Shown here: positions 27,483 through 37,666 of the stretch, in pieces | Layout of the letters: each line of letters starts with the position of its first letter | Numbering within the stretch: the first letter of the stretch is position 1 | Translations under genes and position numbers: made by a program | NCBI GenBank assembly: GCA_963767005.1 | Contig: CAVYCN010000002.1 | Location: 576,001 to 640,000 of the forward strand | Origin: an uncultured Actinomycetes bacterium | GTDB taxonomy: Bacteria > Actinomycetota > Thermoleophilia > UBA2241 | Length of the DNA stretch: 64,000 nucleotides | Direction of reading: 5' to 3' | Notes under the pieces: generated by a model | What the model saw: only the letters and a program-made list of their open reading frames with translations | What the model was told of the DNA's origin: nothing | Databases searched by the model: none

Positions 27483-28916
27483 TCACTCCTGTCCTCCCGC
27501 GTCCTTCACTGCCTGCTTCAGCGAAGCGTAGCCGGGGAGTGTACGATAAAACTCGTCGCGGGTGTAGCAGCCCGACACGGTGCCGAAGCCCGGCGCGATG
27601 TCGCACCAGCTACAGGCGTTGCAGAGGCTCTTGCGCCGCAGCGGGCGCCCCGCGACGACGTCGGCCGCGATGTCGGGGTAGCTCAGCGCCATGCGCCCGA
27701 TGCCGATCGTGTCGGCCCAGCCGCGCTCGACGACCGCCTGACCCACGTTGGGCAGCCACTGCTGCAGGTACGAATAGCCGCTGCCGATGTGCACGAGCTC
27801 GGGATGCGCCCGCTTGAGCTCGGCCACGATCTTCACGAGTCGCACGACGCCGACGAGCGGGTCTTCGGGCGGCCGGTGCGGCGCGACCGGCAGCGACATG
27901 TAGGGCTCCATCACGTGCGAGTTGTACTCGGCGCCGCCCGAGGCCGACACCAGACTGATGTCGAGCTCGGCCAGCAGGTCGAGGAACGCCAGGGGCTCGC
28001 GCAGGTCGCAGCCCAGGCCGCTGCCGTCGCCGCCGAAGGCGTAGCGGTAAGGCTCCCGGCCCGGAGGCGCAGGCTGCGTGCGGTCGCCGTCGCCGTCGAT
28101 GAAGGGCACGAAGTCGACGGCGCTGAAGCGCACGGCGATGCCGAGACCGGGGGCCTCGGCACGGATGCCGGCCACGATCTCGCGCAGGAAGCGCGTGCGG
28201 TTCTCGAAGCTGCCGCCGTAGGGGCCGGGCCGCTCGACGGCGCTCAGGAACTCATGGCCAAGGTAGCCGTGACAGTGCTTGACGTCGACGAAGTCGAAGC
28301 CCGCCTGCCGCGACAGCACGCCGGCGTGGACGAAGTCGGCGACCACGCGCTCGATCTCGGCGTCGCTCATGACGGCGTCGTCGCCCTGGGCGTCGTAGCG
28401 CTCGTCGAGCAGCGGGTGGTGGTACAGCACGCGCGGCTCGCAGCGGTCCATGTCGTGCGGATGCGCGACGCGCCCCGAGTGGGTGAGCTGCACGCCGACC
28501 ATGAGGTCGTCGGTCCTGCCGAAGTGGCGCTCGTGGGTGGCGACGAGCAGCCGCCGCAGGCCGGCGATGTCGTCGAGGTTCTCGTCGACCATGACGAGCT
28601 GGCTCGGGCTGCCCCTGCCCTCGGGACAGACGGCGATCGCCTCGGCCCCGAAGATGAGCTTCGCGCCGCTCAGGCCCCAGCGCTCCCAGCGCCGCCGGGT
28701 GAGGTCGGTCGGGCGGCCGTCGACCGTACAGTCCCAACCCTCCATGGGCAGGATCGCAAAGCGGTTGCCCACCGTGCGCCCGAACACCTCCAGCGGACGG
28801 CCGAGCGGCGAGTCGGGGCCGGACCGCACCTCGTCGTCGACCGGCAGCTCCAGGCCGAGCGACTCGACGTACGCGCGCAGCGACTCCACGTCTTCAAAAC
28901 GACCGATGTTGCGCAT
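27483..28916 (-). CDS. NADH:flavin oxidoreductase (Old Yellow Enzyme family)
   Basis: NRFAILPMEGWD, QLTHSGR, GFDFVDVKHCHGYL, YGGSFENRTR, C-terminal CNACSWC...C; AGGAGG SD. Confidence 0.9.
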   Translation of the reverse strand: MRNIGRFEDVESLRAYVESLGLELPVDDEVRSGPDSPLGRPLEVFGRTVGNRFAILPMEGWDCTVDGRPTDLTRRRWERWGLSGAKLIFGAEAIAVCPEGRGSPSQLVMVDENLDDIAGLRRLLVATHERHFGRTDDLMVGVQLTHSGRVAHPHDMDRCEPRVLYHHPLLDERYDAQGDDAVMSDAEIERVVADFVHAGVLSRQAGFDFVDVKHCHGYLGHEFLSAVERPGPYGGSFENRTRFLREIVAGIRAEAPGLGIAVRFSAVDFVPFIDGDGDRTQPAPPGREPYRYAFGGDGSGLGCDLREPLAFLDLLAELDISLVSASGGAEYNSHVMEPYMSLPVAPHRPPEDPLVGVVRLVKIVAELKRAHPELVHIGSGYSYLQQWLPNVGQAVVERGWADTIGIGRMALSYPDIAADVVAGRPLRRKSLCNACSWCDIAPGFGTVSGCYTRDEFYRTLPGYASLKQAVKDAGGQE

Positions 28917-29041
28917 GAGCCTCTGCTTCCTCCTTCGGGCCACGTCACTGCCCTCGTGCGGGCGACGCCGGCCGCCGCGCCGGGCCCGGCGCGGGCCCGG
29001 TTCGACCCCGCCGGTCGGGACCGGCCGTCCGTCGTGCTCGC

Positions 29042-29072
29042 GGCGGGGGTGGAGCGTCGCTCCACCCCCGCC
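29042..29072. terminator. Intra-operon hairpin (terminator or mRNA stabiliser)
   Basis: GGCGGGGGTGGAGCG-t-CGCTCCACCCCCGCC just after the permease stop. Confidence 0.55.
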
Positions 29073-29103
29073 ACCCGCGGTTGTCGTTGGCGATCCCCGG
29101 CGA

Positions 29104-30600
29104 CTACTCGTCAGCGACGAGGGCACCGACCCTGTCGCCGAGGGTCTTGTCGCGGCTGTTGATGATCGCGGCGTAGATCAGCGCCACGACGATCATCGCC
29201 AGGGCCACGTAGGGGAACGCGTTGTACGGCGAAGGCTGGCCGGGCTTCACCAGGTTGTAGAGCGGATACACGATGACCGCCGTGCCGATGACCGGCAGGA
29301 TGAGATCCCTGACGACGCTGAACTGGCTGCGGTAGTGCTTGAGGTAGAAGATCGGCAGCGACAGGTTGGCCACCGCGTACGCGATGATCACGAGGATCGT
29401 ACCAAGCGTCGAGGGTTCGGCGAAGAGCACGATCGGCGTGATGCCCTGGATCAGCGCCCAGCCGAAGCAGCCGACCAGGCCGATGATCATGAAGACGACG
29501 AGGGCGTTGACCGGCGTGCCGCGCTTCGCGGACACCTTGCCAAGCCACTTCGGCAGCAGACCCTCGCGCCCCGAGTTGAACATGAGCCGGGCCTGCGAGT
29601 TGACCGCGGCGATCAGACAGCCGACGGTCGAGGTCACGCCGGCGATGTAGGCGAGGAAGGCGAGGAAGGCAAGCTCCTTCTGGGCCACGCCGATGAACGG
29701 GATCGAGTTGGCGGTCAGCTTGCCGACGTTCTCGCCGTAGGCCTCGACGGTGGCGTAGGAGAAGAGCACGAAGCTGGCCAGCATGAGCGCCACGCTGGCA
29801 AACAGAGCACGCGGGATGTTCTTGCGCGGCTGGTCGGTCTCTTCGGCCATGGGGCCGGCCGCCTCCCAGCCGATGAACATGTAGACGGCGAGCGGGAAGC
29901 CCAGGCCCAGCCCCTTGAAGCCGCTCAGCAGGTAGTGCGGGTTGAAGGGGTGCAACGTGAGATGGCCGCCGTTCTGGATGAGCGCGATGATGCTGACGAG
30001 CATCAGGATGATGAACTCGAAGGCGAAGAAGGCGCCCGCCCAGCGGGTCGAGAGGTGCACGCCCCTGATCATGAGGAAGGCGGCCAGACCGACGAAGGCG
30101 CAGACGAAGATCGGCCACGTCCACGACGGGAACGAGTGGAAGTAGTTCTGCAGGAACATGGTCATGAAACCGCCGGAGATGGCCATGATCGAGAAGATGT
30201 TCACAAGATAGCCGCCGACCAGCACGATGGCCGTGGTGATCGCCAGGACCGGCCCAAGAGCCATGCCTATGAACGTGATGAACGAGCCGGTCGACGGGTG
30301 GGCCTGCATATAGCGTGAGAGCGTGTTGGCCAGGAACGCGACCGCAATGCCGGCCACGATGATGGTGAGCGGCGAAGCGACACCCGACGTCGCCGCAAGG
30401 AAGCCAAAGCCGAAGTAGAAGCTCATCGCCGGGGCGATGTCGGCCATGGTCGAAGCCGCGACCTCGAACGGCCCGAGCACGCCGCGCTTGAGGCGGTTGC
30501 TCTCGGTGGCCGGGGTGGCCGCGGCTTCGGTCGCCGCGGGCGGCGGTGCCGTCACCGTGCTGACGCCACTGCGGGCGCCCTCTGCGTCGTTGGACTCCAT
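29104..30600 (-). CDS. APC-family permease, close paralogue of the sensor domain of 19859-23095
   Basis: Shares IAPAMSFYFGFGFLA, HPSTGSFITFIG, GFKGLGLGFPLAVY, CLIAAVNSQ, LVKPGQ and RDKTL.DRVG.LVAD with the fusion protein. Confidence 0.92.
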   Translation of the reverse strand: MESNDAEGARSGVSTVTAPPPAATEAAATPATESNRLKRGVLGPFEVAASTMADIAPAMSFYFGFGFLAATSGVASPLTIIVAGIAVAFLANTLSRYMQAHPSTGSFITFIGMALGPVLAITTAIVLVGGYLVNIFSIMAISGGFMTMFLQNYFHSFPSWTWPIFVCAFVGLAAFLMIRGVHLSTRWAGAFFAFEFIILMLVSIIALIQNGGHLTLHPFNPHYLLSGFKGLGLGFPLAVYMFIGWEAAGPMAEETDQPRKNIPRALFASVALMLASFVLFSYATVEAYGENVGKLTANSIPFIGVAQKELAFLAFLAYIAGVTSTVGCLIAAVNSQARLMFNSGREGLLPKWLGKVSAKRGTPVNALVVFMIIGLVGCFGWALIQGITPIVLFAEPSTLGTILVIIAYAVANLSLPIFYLKHYRSQFSVVRDLILPVIGTAVIVYPLYNLVKPGQPSPYNAFPYVALAMIVVALIYAAIINSRDKTLGDRVGALVADE

Positions 30601-30703
30601 GTCCCCCTCCCTCTCTTTCAGGTACGCGGTCAGCGGTACGTGGAACGGACGGCGGGACTCCCCCAGACCGGCCGGCTGTCGGGACGTGCCAGGCGTGCAC
30701 CCG

Positions 30704-32050
30704 TCATCGCGGCGGCTCGATCGCCGCCACGAGCGGCTTCAGGATGTCGACGACGCGGTCGGCCTCGTCGACGGTCGTCGTGCAGGGCGGCGCGATCACG
30801 ATGCGGTTCGAGCCCATCTGCCGCAGGTGCAGGCCCAGATGCCGGGCCTCGTCGAGCAGCGGCATGATCGGCCCCACCGGCGGATTGAACATCGCCTTCG
30901 TCTCTTTGTCGGCGACGATCTCCATGGCGAGCATGAGGCCGAGGCCGCTGTGCGTGCCGACGCACGGCATCGGCATGAACTCGCGTTCGATGCGCTCGAC
31001 GATGTGGGCGCCGACCCGGGTCGCGTTCTCGGCGATGTGCTCGTTCACGTAGACGTCGACCGCCGCGATCGCGGCGGCGCAGCCGGCCGGCGAGCCGCTG
31101 AAGGTGTACTGGTGCATGAGCGGGATGCCCTCGAGGCCGGCCCAGATCCTGTCGTTGAAGGCGACGGCGCCCATCGGGACGTAGCCGCCGGTGATGCCCT
31201 TCGACATCGCGATCACGTCGGGCACCACGTCCCAGTGGTTGATGCAGAACATCGTGCCGGTGCGGCAGAAGCCGCACATCACCTCATCGGCGATCATGGC
31301 GACCTCGTACCTGCTGCAGATCTCGCGGATCAGCGGCCAGTAGGTGTCGGGCGGCACGAGGAAGCCCGACGCGCCGAGCTCGGGCTCGGCGATGAAGGCG
31401 GCCACGTTCTCGGGCCCCTCAGCCTCGATCACCGTCTCCAGGAAGCGCGCGCAGCGCGTGTCGCAGACCGGATACTCGAGACCGAACGGACAGCGGTAGC
31501 AGTAGTAGGCCGGGATCTTCAGGTAGCCCGGCGCCTCGGGCCCGTAGCCGGCCTGCATGGCCGGGATACCGGTCAGGTTCATGGGCCCGTTGCCGGTGCC
31601 GTGGTAGCTCATGTAGAGGCTCACGACCTTGCGCTTGGTGGGCTGGCCGATCGCCGTGAAGTAGCGCCGCACGAGGCGGATCGCGGCGTCGGTCGACTCG
31701 CCGCCGCCCGAGGTGAACCAGAAGTGGTCGAGGTCGCCGGGCGTGACCGTCGCGAGCTTGCGGGCGCATTCGACCATCGGCGTGCTGGAGTGGCCGTAGT
31801 ACTGCCCGACGTGCTGCAGCTTGTTCAGCTGCGCCGTGACCGCGTCGATGATCTCGCGCCGGCCGTGGCCCAGGTTGGCGCTCACCATCTGCGACGAGGC
31901 GTCGAGGTACTCCTTGCCCTCGGTGTCGCGCAGCACGATGCCTTCGGCGGAGTCGTAGATCACGCCGAGCGTCTCGCCGAGCGGGATCTGGGCGTGCAGG
32001 ATGTGCTCTCTGTCGTACTTGACGAGCTCTTCGGTACGCGCACTGGTCAT
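30704..32050 (-). CDS. Class III (omega-type) PLP aminotransferase
   Basis: NLGHG, TSGGGES, SYHG, FIAEP, IADEVMCGFCRTG, MSKGITGGY.P. Confidence 0.92.
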   Translation of the reverse strand: MTSARTEELVKYDREHILHAQIPLGETLGVIYDSAEGIVLRDTEGKEYLDASSQMVSANLGHGRREIIDAVTAQLNKLQHVGQYYGHSSTPMVECARKLATVTPGDLDHFWFTSGGGESTDAAIRLVRRYFTAIGQPTKRKVVSLYMSYHGTGNGPMNLTGIPAMQAGYGPEAPGYLKIPAYYCYRCPFGLEYPVCDTRCARFLETVIEAEGPENVAAFIAEPELGASGFLVPPDTYWPLIREICSRYEVAMIADEVMCGFCRTGTMFCINHWDVVPDVIAMSKGITGGYVPMGAVAFNDRIWAGLEGIPLMHQYTFSGSPAGCAAAIAAVDVYVNEHIAENATRVGAHIVERIEREFMPMPCVGTHSGLGLMLAMEIVADKETKAMFNPPVGPIMPLLDEARHLGLHLRQMGSNRIVIAPPCTTTVDEADRVVDILKPLVAAIEPPR

Positions 32051-32120
32051 CTCTGTCTTCGACCCGTCCTTTCGACCGTCAGGTGTCAGACCCGAAGGGG
32101 CCACGTTCACGTGCTGCACA

Positions 32121-32155
32121 CATAAAACGATTTATGCGATAGAAAACGATTTCTG
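32121..32155. promoter_or_regulatory. Two tandem LacI-family operators next to a minus-strand TTGACA (32162-32167)
   Basis: Near-palindromes CATAAAACGATTTATG and TAGAAAACGATTTCTG with central CG in an AT-rich patch. Confidence 0.7.
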
Positions 32156-32179
32156 CTCTCCTGTCAAGCCGGGCTGTCC

Positions 32180-32920
32180 TCAGGAGGAGTAAGCCTGCTC
32201 GAGCGGCAGGATCTGGATCTGCGTCGTGTTGACCACGCGCGGCTGAGCGAGCGCATAGGCGACCGCCCAGGCGATGTGCTCCGGCGACAGCGCCTCGATC
32301 TTCTCAAGGTCGTGCTTGCCGATCGGCAGCGCGTGGATGAGGGGCGTGTCGACCAGACCGGGCTCGATCTGCGTGACCCGCACGCCGTACTCGAGCGCCT
32401 CTTTGCGCAGCGAGCCGGCCATGCCGGCGATCGCCCATTTGCTGGCGATGTACATGGGCTCACCGACGTAGGTCACCCGCCCTGATATCGAGGCCATCAC
32501 GACGATGTGGCCGTTGCGCCGCACCTTCATGAAAGGCAGCACGGCACGGATCAGAAAGGCGGTGCCGAGCACGTTGGTGTCGATCATGCGCTGCCACTCG
32601 GCCGGGTCGCCGGTGAGCATGTCGCCCTCGATGTCGATGCCGGCGTTGGGCACCGCGAAGTCGACCTTGCCGTAGGTGTCGGCGCACAGCTTCGCGAGGC
32701 GCTCCATGTCGTCGAAGGAATGGACGTCGGCGCTGAAGCCGACCGCCGTGCCGCCGCTCGCCGTGATCGTCGCGACCAGGCGATCGATGTCGTCCTTGGT
32801 GCGGGCGCAGACCACGAGCTGCGCTCCCAGGCCGGCGAGCTCGCGCGCCACGGCCTCGCCGATGCCTTTGCCGGCGCCGGTGATCACCCCGGCGCGCCCC
32901 GTCAGGTCGAAGTCGAGCAT
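32180..32920 (-). CDS. Short-chain dehydrogenase/reductase
   Basis: TGAGKGIG, PNAG, YIASK, EPGLVDT. Confidence 0.92.
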   Translation of the reverse strand: MLDFDLTGRAGVITGAGKGIGEAVARELAGLGAQLVVCARTKDDIDRLVATITASGGTAVGFSADVHSFDDMERLAKLCADTYGKVDFAVPNAGIDIEGDMLTGDPAEWQRMIDTNVLGTAFLIRAVLPFMKVRRNGHIVVMASISGRVTYVGEPMYIASKWAIAGMAGSLRKEALEYGVRVTQIEPGLVDTPLIHALPIGKHDLEKIEALSPEHIAWAVAYALAQPRVVNTTQIQILPLEQAYSS

Positions 32921-32961
32921 CGCTCATCCCCTTTCGCGGTCTGCTTGCGCGGACGTGCCGG

Positions 32962-34443
32962 TCACGATGCGCCGGCCCAGATCACGGCCTTGAGCTCGGT
33001 GAACTCCTCGATGCCGACGTCGCCGATCTCGCGGCCGACGCCGCTCTGCTTGAAGCCGCCCCACGGCAGCCCGAGCGGCGCGCAGGCCCACGTGTTGTTC
33101 ACGAAGACGGTGCCGGCGCGCACGGCCCGCACGTAGCGCCGGGCGCGCTTCGGGTCGCTCGTCCAGACGCCGGCGGTGAGGCCGAACACGGTGTCGTTGG
33201 CGATGCGGATCGCCTCGTCCTCGGTGTCGAAGGGGATGACGACGAGCACGGGCCCGAAGATCTCCTCCTGTGCCACACGCATCGCGTTGTCGACATCGAC
33301 GAAGACCGTCGGCTCGAAGAAGAACCCCACGTCGCCGATGCGCTTGCCGCCGCAGGCGAGGGTGGCGCCCTCCTGCTTGCCGATCGCGACGTAGCGCTCG
33401 ACCGTGGTGAGCTGCTCGGCCGACGACAGCGGGCCCATCTCGGAGGCCGGGTCGAGCCCGGGTCCGACGCGCAGGGCCTTGGCGCGACGCACCAGGTCGG
33501 TCACGAAGGTGTCGGCGATCGAACGCTCAACGAGCAGCCGCGAGCCGGCGCAACAGGCCTGACCGCAGTTGCCGAAGGCGCTGAAGAGCACGCCCTCGAG
33601 CGCCGCGTCCAGGTCGGCGTCGGCGAAGACGCAGTTCGGCGCCTTGCCGCCGAGCTCGAGGCTGACCTTCTTGATGGTCTGCGCCGCCTTCTCCATGATC
33701 TGGCGGCCCACCTCGACGCTGCCGGTCAGCGTGACCATGTCGACGAGCGGCGTGCTCGCGAGGAAGTCGCCTACCGTCCGGCCCGGGCCGATCACGACCT
33801 GGAAGACGCCCTGCGGCAGGCCGACCTCGTGGAAGACCTGGGCCATGCCGATGGCGGTGAGCGGCGAGAGGCTCGCCGGCTTGATGATCACCGTGTTCCC
33901 GGCGGCGAGCGCCGACGCGAACTTGAAGCTGGCCAGTACGAGCGGGAAGTTCCACGGGCACACGCCGACGACCACGCCGATCGGTTCGCGAACGAGGGCC
34001 GTCGGCTCGGTGATCGGCTGCTCGGCCAGGTACCGCTCGGCGAGCTCGCCGGCGTAGTCGAGCAGGTCGGCGACCCGCTGCATGTCGCCGCGTCCGTCGC
34101 CGACGAGCTTGCCCATCTCGAGCGTCTCCCAGCGGGCGAGCTCGTCGACGCGCTCGCGCAGCCCGGCGCCCGCCGCGCGCAGCAGCTCAGCGCGCTCGTG
34201 TGCGCTCGTGCGGGGCCAGGGCCCTTCGTCGAACGCCCGCCGCGCGGCCTCCACGGCGGCCTCGGCTTCGGCCAGGCCGCCGTTTGCCACCCGCGCCACG
34301 ACCTGCTCGGTGGCCGGGTCGACGACGTCGATCAGGCCGCCGTCGGCGGCGTCGACGAAGGCGCCGTCGATGTACATCTGAAAGTCGCCCAGCATGGTGG
34401 TGGCGGCAGCGGAGGCCCTGCGGCCCGCAGTCTCATCGCTCAT
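32962..34443 (-). CDS. NAD(P)-dependent aldehyde dehydrogenase
   Basis: PWNFP, KPA, TGSVEVG, LELGGK, GQACCAGSR, EEIFGPV, GGFKQSG. Confidence 0.93.
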   Translation of the reverse strand: MSDETAGRRASAAATTMLGDFQMYIDGAFVDAADGGLIDVVDPATEQVVARVANGGLAEAEAAVEAARRAFDEGPWPRTSAHERAELLRAAGAGLRERVDELARWETLEMGKLVGDGRGDMQRVADLLDYAGELAERYLAEQPITEPTALVREPIGVVVGVCPWNFPLVLASFKFASALAAGNTVIIKPASLSPLTAIGMAQVFHEVGLPQGVFQVVIGPGRTVGDFLASTPLVDMVTLTGSVEVGRQIMEKAAQTIKKVSLELGGKAPNCVFADADLDAALEGVLFSAFGNCGQACCAGSRLLVERSIADTFVTDLVRRAKALRVGPGLDPASEMGPLSSAEQLTTVERYVAIGKQEGATLACGGKRIGDVGFFFEPTVFVDVDNAMRVAQEEIFGPVLVVIPFDTEDEAIRIANDTVFGLTAGVWTSDPKRARRYVRAVRAGTVFVNNTWACAPLGLPWGGFKQSGVGREIGDVGIEEFTELKAVIWAGAS

Positions 34444-34491
34444 GATCACCCTCCATCGTGTCGGTCCCGGCCGGTGGCACGGTGACGCTTC

Positions 34492-35664
34492 TCATGCACG
34501 CTCTTCTCGATCAGGCGCGATCGCGCCGCCGCCCGCCGCCGCGACGCCGGCCGCCTCGCGGCTGGCGGCCGGCGGCGCCGTCGAGGCGCGCCGCACGAGC
34601 TCGAAGGGCACCTGCTCGCAGGCCGGTCGGCCCGACGTCTCGCCGGCTCGCAGGAGCCGCCAGGCCGCCAGGCCGAGCTCGCGGGCCGGCACGCGGATCG
34701 TCGTGAGCGGCGGCTCGCTGTGCGCCGACATGACGACGTCGTCGAAGCCGACGACGCTCACGTCGGCCGGGATACGGAGGCCGTGCTCACGCAGCGCCGA
34801 GATCGCGCCGAAGGCGACCTCGTCGGTGGCGGCGAACAGGGCGCTGAACGGCGTGCCGGCGGCGAGCAGGCCGGCGACGGCGTGCGAGCCGCCCTCGACG
34901 CTGAGCGGCGTGGGCACCACGAGGCGCTCGTCGAGCGGCTCGCCGACGCGCATGAGGGCCGCGCAGTAGCCGGTGTAGCGGTCCTGGACCGTCGTCGAGT
35001 TGAGCGGGCCGCCGAGGAACGCGATGCGCCTGTGACCGAGCTCGACCAGGTGCGCGACGGCCGCGTCGGCGCCGGCGACGTCGTCGACCGCGACGTGCGG
35101 GATGTCGAGCTCGTAGCGGCCGACCGCCACGACCGGCACATCCTGCTCACGCAGCCGCTGCACGGCGAGGGCGACCGGCAGGGTCGCGGCCGGCTCGCGG
35201 AGCTGACCGCCGATCAGCACGACGCCGGTGGGCTTCTGGCTGAGCAGCATCGTGAGGTAGCTCTCGAGCTTGCCGGCGTCGCGGTCGTCGTTGCCGACCA
35301 GGACGACCAGGCCGTCGGCCACGGCGGCGTCCTGCAGGCCGCGCACGACGACGCTGAAGAACGGGTCGGTGATGTCGTGAACGATGGCCCCGACGAGCTC
35401 GCTGCGCCCGGTGACCAGGGCGCGCGCCGCCGAGTTCGTGACGTAGTTCAGGGCGCGCGCGGCGTCTTCGACGCGGCGCCGCGCGCGGTCGCTCACCGGG
35501 TACGACGAGCCCGACAGCACGCGCGAGGCCGTGCCGGGCGACACCCCGGCCAGGCGGGCGACGTCGCGGATCGAGGCGCCCTGCCGGCCGCGTCCGGCCC
35601 CGCGCCGACCAGCGCGCGCGGACCGTCCGGTCCCGCCGGAGCGCTCCTCCGAGGCCGCGCTCAT
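34492..35664 (-). CDS. LacI-family transcriptional regulator
   Basis: SIRDVARLAGVSPGTASRVL, DITDPFF, LGHRRIA, DVSVVGFDD, PLTTI; ATGA overlap with kdgK stop. Confidence 0.93.
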   Translation of the reverse strand: MSAASEERSGGTGRSARAGRRGAGRGRQGASIRDVARLAGVSPGTASRVLSGSSYPVSDRARRRVEDAARALNYVTNSAARALVTGRSELVGAIVHDITDPFFSVVVRGLQDAAVADGLVVLVGNDDRDAGKLESYLTMLLSQKPTGVVLIGGQLREPAATLPVALAVQRLREQDVPVVAVGRYELDIPHVAVDDVAGADAAVAHLVELGHRRIAFLGGPLNSTTVQDRYTGYCAALMRVGEPLDERLVVPTPLSVEGGSHAVAGLLAAGTPFSALFAATDEVAFGAISALREHGLRIPADVSVVGFDDVVMSAHSEPPLTTIRVPARELGLAAWRLLRAGETSGRPACEQVPFELVRRASTAPPAASREAAGVAAAGGGAIAPDREERA

Positions 35665-36761
35665 CGCTGCACTCTCGCCGACGCGCCACGTACGAGGCTC
35701 TCGACCTCGGCGAGTGTGGCCATCGACGTGTCGCCGGGGGTCGTCATGGCGAGCGCGCCGTGCGCGGCGCCGTACTCGAGCGCGAGCGGGGGGTCGAAGC
35801 CGCTGAGTAGTCCGTAGATGAGACCCGAGGCGAACGAGTCGCCACCGCCGACGCGATCGAGGATCTCGAGCGCCGGACGCGGCGTCGAGCGATGCAGCTC
35901 GCCGCCCGCCCAGCAAACGGCGCTCCAGTCGTTGCGGCCCGCCGACACGACGGCGCGCAGGGTGGTCGCCACCAGGCGCACGCCGGGGTAGGCGGCGACG
36001 ACCTGCGCCATCATCGCGCCGTAGCGCTCCGGGTCGAGGGTCGAGAAGTCGCGGTCGAGCCCCGCCACCTCGAAGCCGAGCGCCGCGCTGAAGTCCTCTT
36101 CGTTGCCGAGCATGACGTCGACGAGCGGCGCGACCTGCCGGTTGACCTCGCGGGCGCGGTCCTGGCCACCGACCGCGCGCCACAGCGAGGGCCGGTAGTT
36201 CAGGTCGTACGACACGATCGTGCCGTGCCGGCGGGCCGCCGCCATCGCCTCGGTGGCCAGGTCGGCGGTGTGTTCGCCGAGCGCCGCGAAGATGCCGCCG
36301 CAGTGGAACCAGCGGGCGCCCTCGGCGCCGAACACCTCGTCCCAGTCGATGTCGCCGGGACGCAGCTGAGACACAGCCGTGTGGCCGCGGTCGGAGCAGC
36401 CGACGGCGCCGCGCACACCGAAGCCGCGCTCGGTGAAGTTGAGGCCGTTGCGCACCGCGCGCCCCACGCCGTCGTAGGGCACCCAGCGCACGTGGCTCTG
36501 GTCGACGCCGCCGCGCAGGACGAGGTCCTCGACGAGGCGGCCCACCGGGTTGTCGGCCAGGGCGCTTACCAGGGCGCTGCGCAGGCCGAAGCAGCGCCGC
36601 AGGCCGCGCGCGACGTTGTACTCTCCGCCGCCCTCGCAGACCTCGAACGAGCGGCTGGTGGCGATGCGGCCCTCGCCGGGGTCGAAGCGCAGCATGACTT
36701 CGCCGAGCGCCACGAGGTCCCAGCGGCACTGGTCGGCGGGGCGGATCTCGAGCAGGCCCAT
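35661..36761 (-). CDS. kdgK: 2-keto-3-deoxygluconate kinase (PfkB family)
   Basis: LGEVMLRFDP, GGGEYNVA, SYDLNYRPSLW, GNEED, DRVGGGDSFASG; adjacent to eda. Confidence 0.85.
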   Translation of the reverse strand: MGLLEIRPADQCRWDLVALGEVMLRFDPGEGRIATSRSFEVCEGGGEYNVARGLRRCFGLRSALVSALADNPVGRLVEDLVLRGGVDQSHVRWVPYDGVGRAVRNGLNFTERGFGVRGAVGCSDRGHTAVSQLRPGDIDWDEVFGAEGARWFHCGGIFAALGEHTADLATEAMAAARRHGTIVSYDLNYRPSLWRAVGGQDRAREVNRQVAPLVDVMLGNEEDFSAALGFEVAGLDRDFSTLDPERYGAMMAQVVAAYPGVRLVATTLRAVVSAGRNDWSAVCWAGGELHRSTPRPALEILDRVGGGDSFASGLIYGLLSGFDPPLALEYGAAHGALAMTTPGDTSMATLAEVESLVRGASARVQR

Positions 36762-36780
36762 GACTCCCTCCTGACGCTCG

Positions 36781-37434
36781 CTAGACGACGCTCGGGCGCG
36801 CGGCGCCGGCGAGGCGCCTGGCCTCGGTGGCCAGGCGACCGATCGTGTCGAAGTCGCCGGCCGCGATCAGGTCCTTGGTGACCATCCAGCTCCCGCCGCA
36901 GGCGATGACTTGCCGGACGGCCAGATAGGACGCCAGGTTGTCGGGGCCGATGCCGCCGGTCGGCACGAAACGGGCGGCGCCGAACGGCGCGGCCAGGGCC
37001 TTCAGGTACGCGACACCGCCCGCCGCCTCGGCCGGGAACAGCTTGAGGACCGACAGGCCGCAGGCGAGCGCCAGCGTGACCTCGGTCGGCGTGCAGACCC
37101 CGGGCACGACCGGTATGCCGCGCTCCAGGGCGAAGTCGACGACCGCCGGATCGAAGCCGGGCGCCACGATGAAGCTCGCGCCGGCCCGCACGGCGGCCTC
37201 GGCCTGGGCCACCGACAGGACTGTGCCGGCGCCCACGCGCAGCTCGGGCACGCCGGTGGCGATGGCCGCGATCGCCGCGGCCGCGGCGTCGGTGCGGAAC
37301 GTGATCTCGGCGCACGGCAGACCGGCCTCGACCAGCGTGCGCGCGAGCGGCACGGCGTCGTCGGCCCGGGGGATCGCGACGACCGGCACCAGGCGCACCT
37401 CGGCGAGGAACGATGCGAAGCCCTCTGCGCTCAA
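36781..37434 (-). CDS. eda: KDPG/KHG aldolase
   Basis: EITFRT, VGAGTV, FIVAPG, TPTEV, KLFPA, PTGGI, GGSW; AGGAGG SD before TTG 37434. Confidence 0.92.
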   Translation of the reverse strand: MSAEGFASFLAEVRLVPVVAIPRADDAVPLARTLVEAGLPCAEITFRTDAAAAAIAAIATGVPELRVGAGTVLSVAQAEAAVRAGASFIVAPGFDPAVVDFALERGIPVVPGVCTPTEVTLALACGLSVLKLFPAEAAGGVAYLKALAAPFGAARFVPTGGIGPDNLASYLAVRQVIACGGSWMVTKDLIAAGDFDTIGRLATEARRLAGAARPSVV

Positions 37435-37492
37435 AGACCCGACCTCCTGCGACGGCGGTTGACGGCTAAGTCCAGCACATCCGCGAGCCGGA

Positions 37493-37508
37493 AGCAAACG
37501 GTTTCTAT
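37493..37508. promoter_or_regulatory. Putative LacI operator upstream of the eda-kdgK-lacI operon
   Basis: Minus strand ATAGAAACCGTTTGCT resembles ATAGAAAACGATTTCT near 32140. Confidence 0.55.
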
Positions 37509-37666
37509 CAGCATCCATGAAGAGGTACGTTGTCAGCGACGCGCGCCGAGCCTGCGCGGCCGTGAGGTCCGACAACGCCGGCGACGTTTGACAGACGGGG
37601 TCCGCGCGCGATGATGGGGGCGCCGGCACGTACAGCGGGTGCCGGCCCGTCGAGGAGGGACGACAC

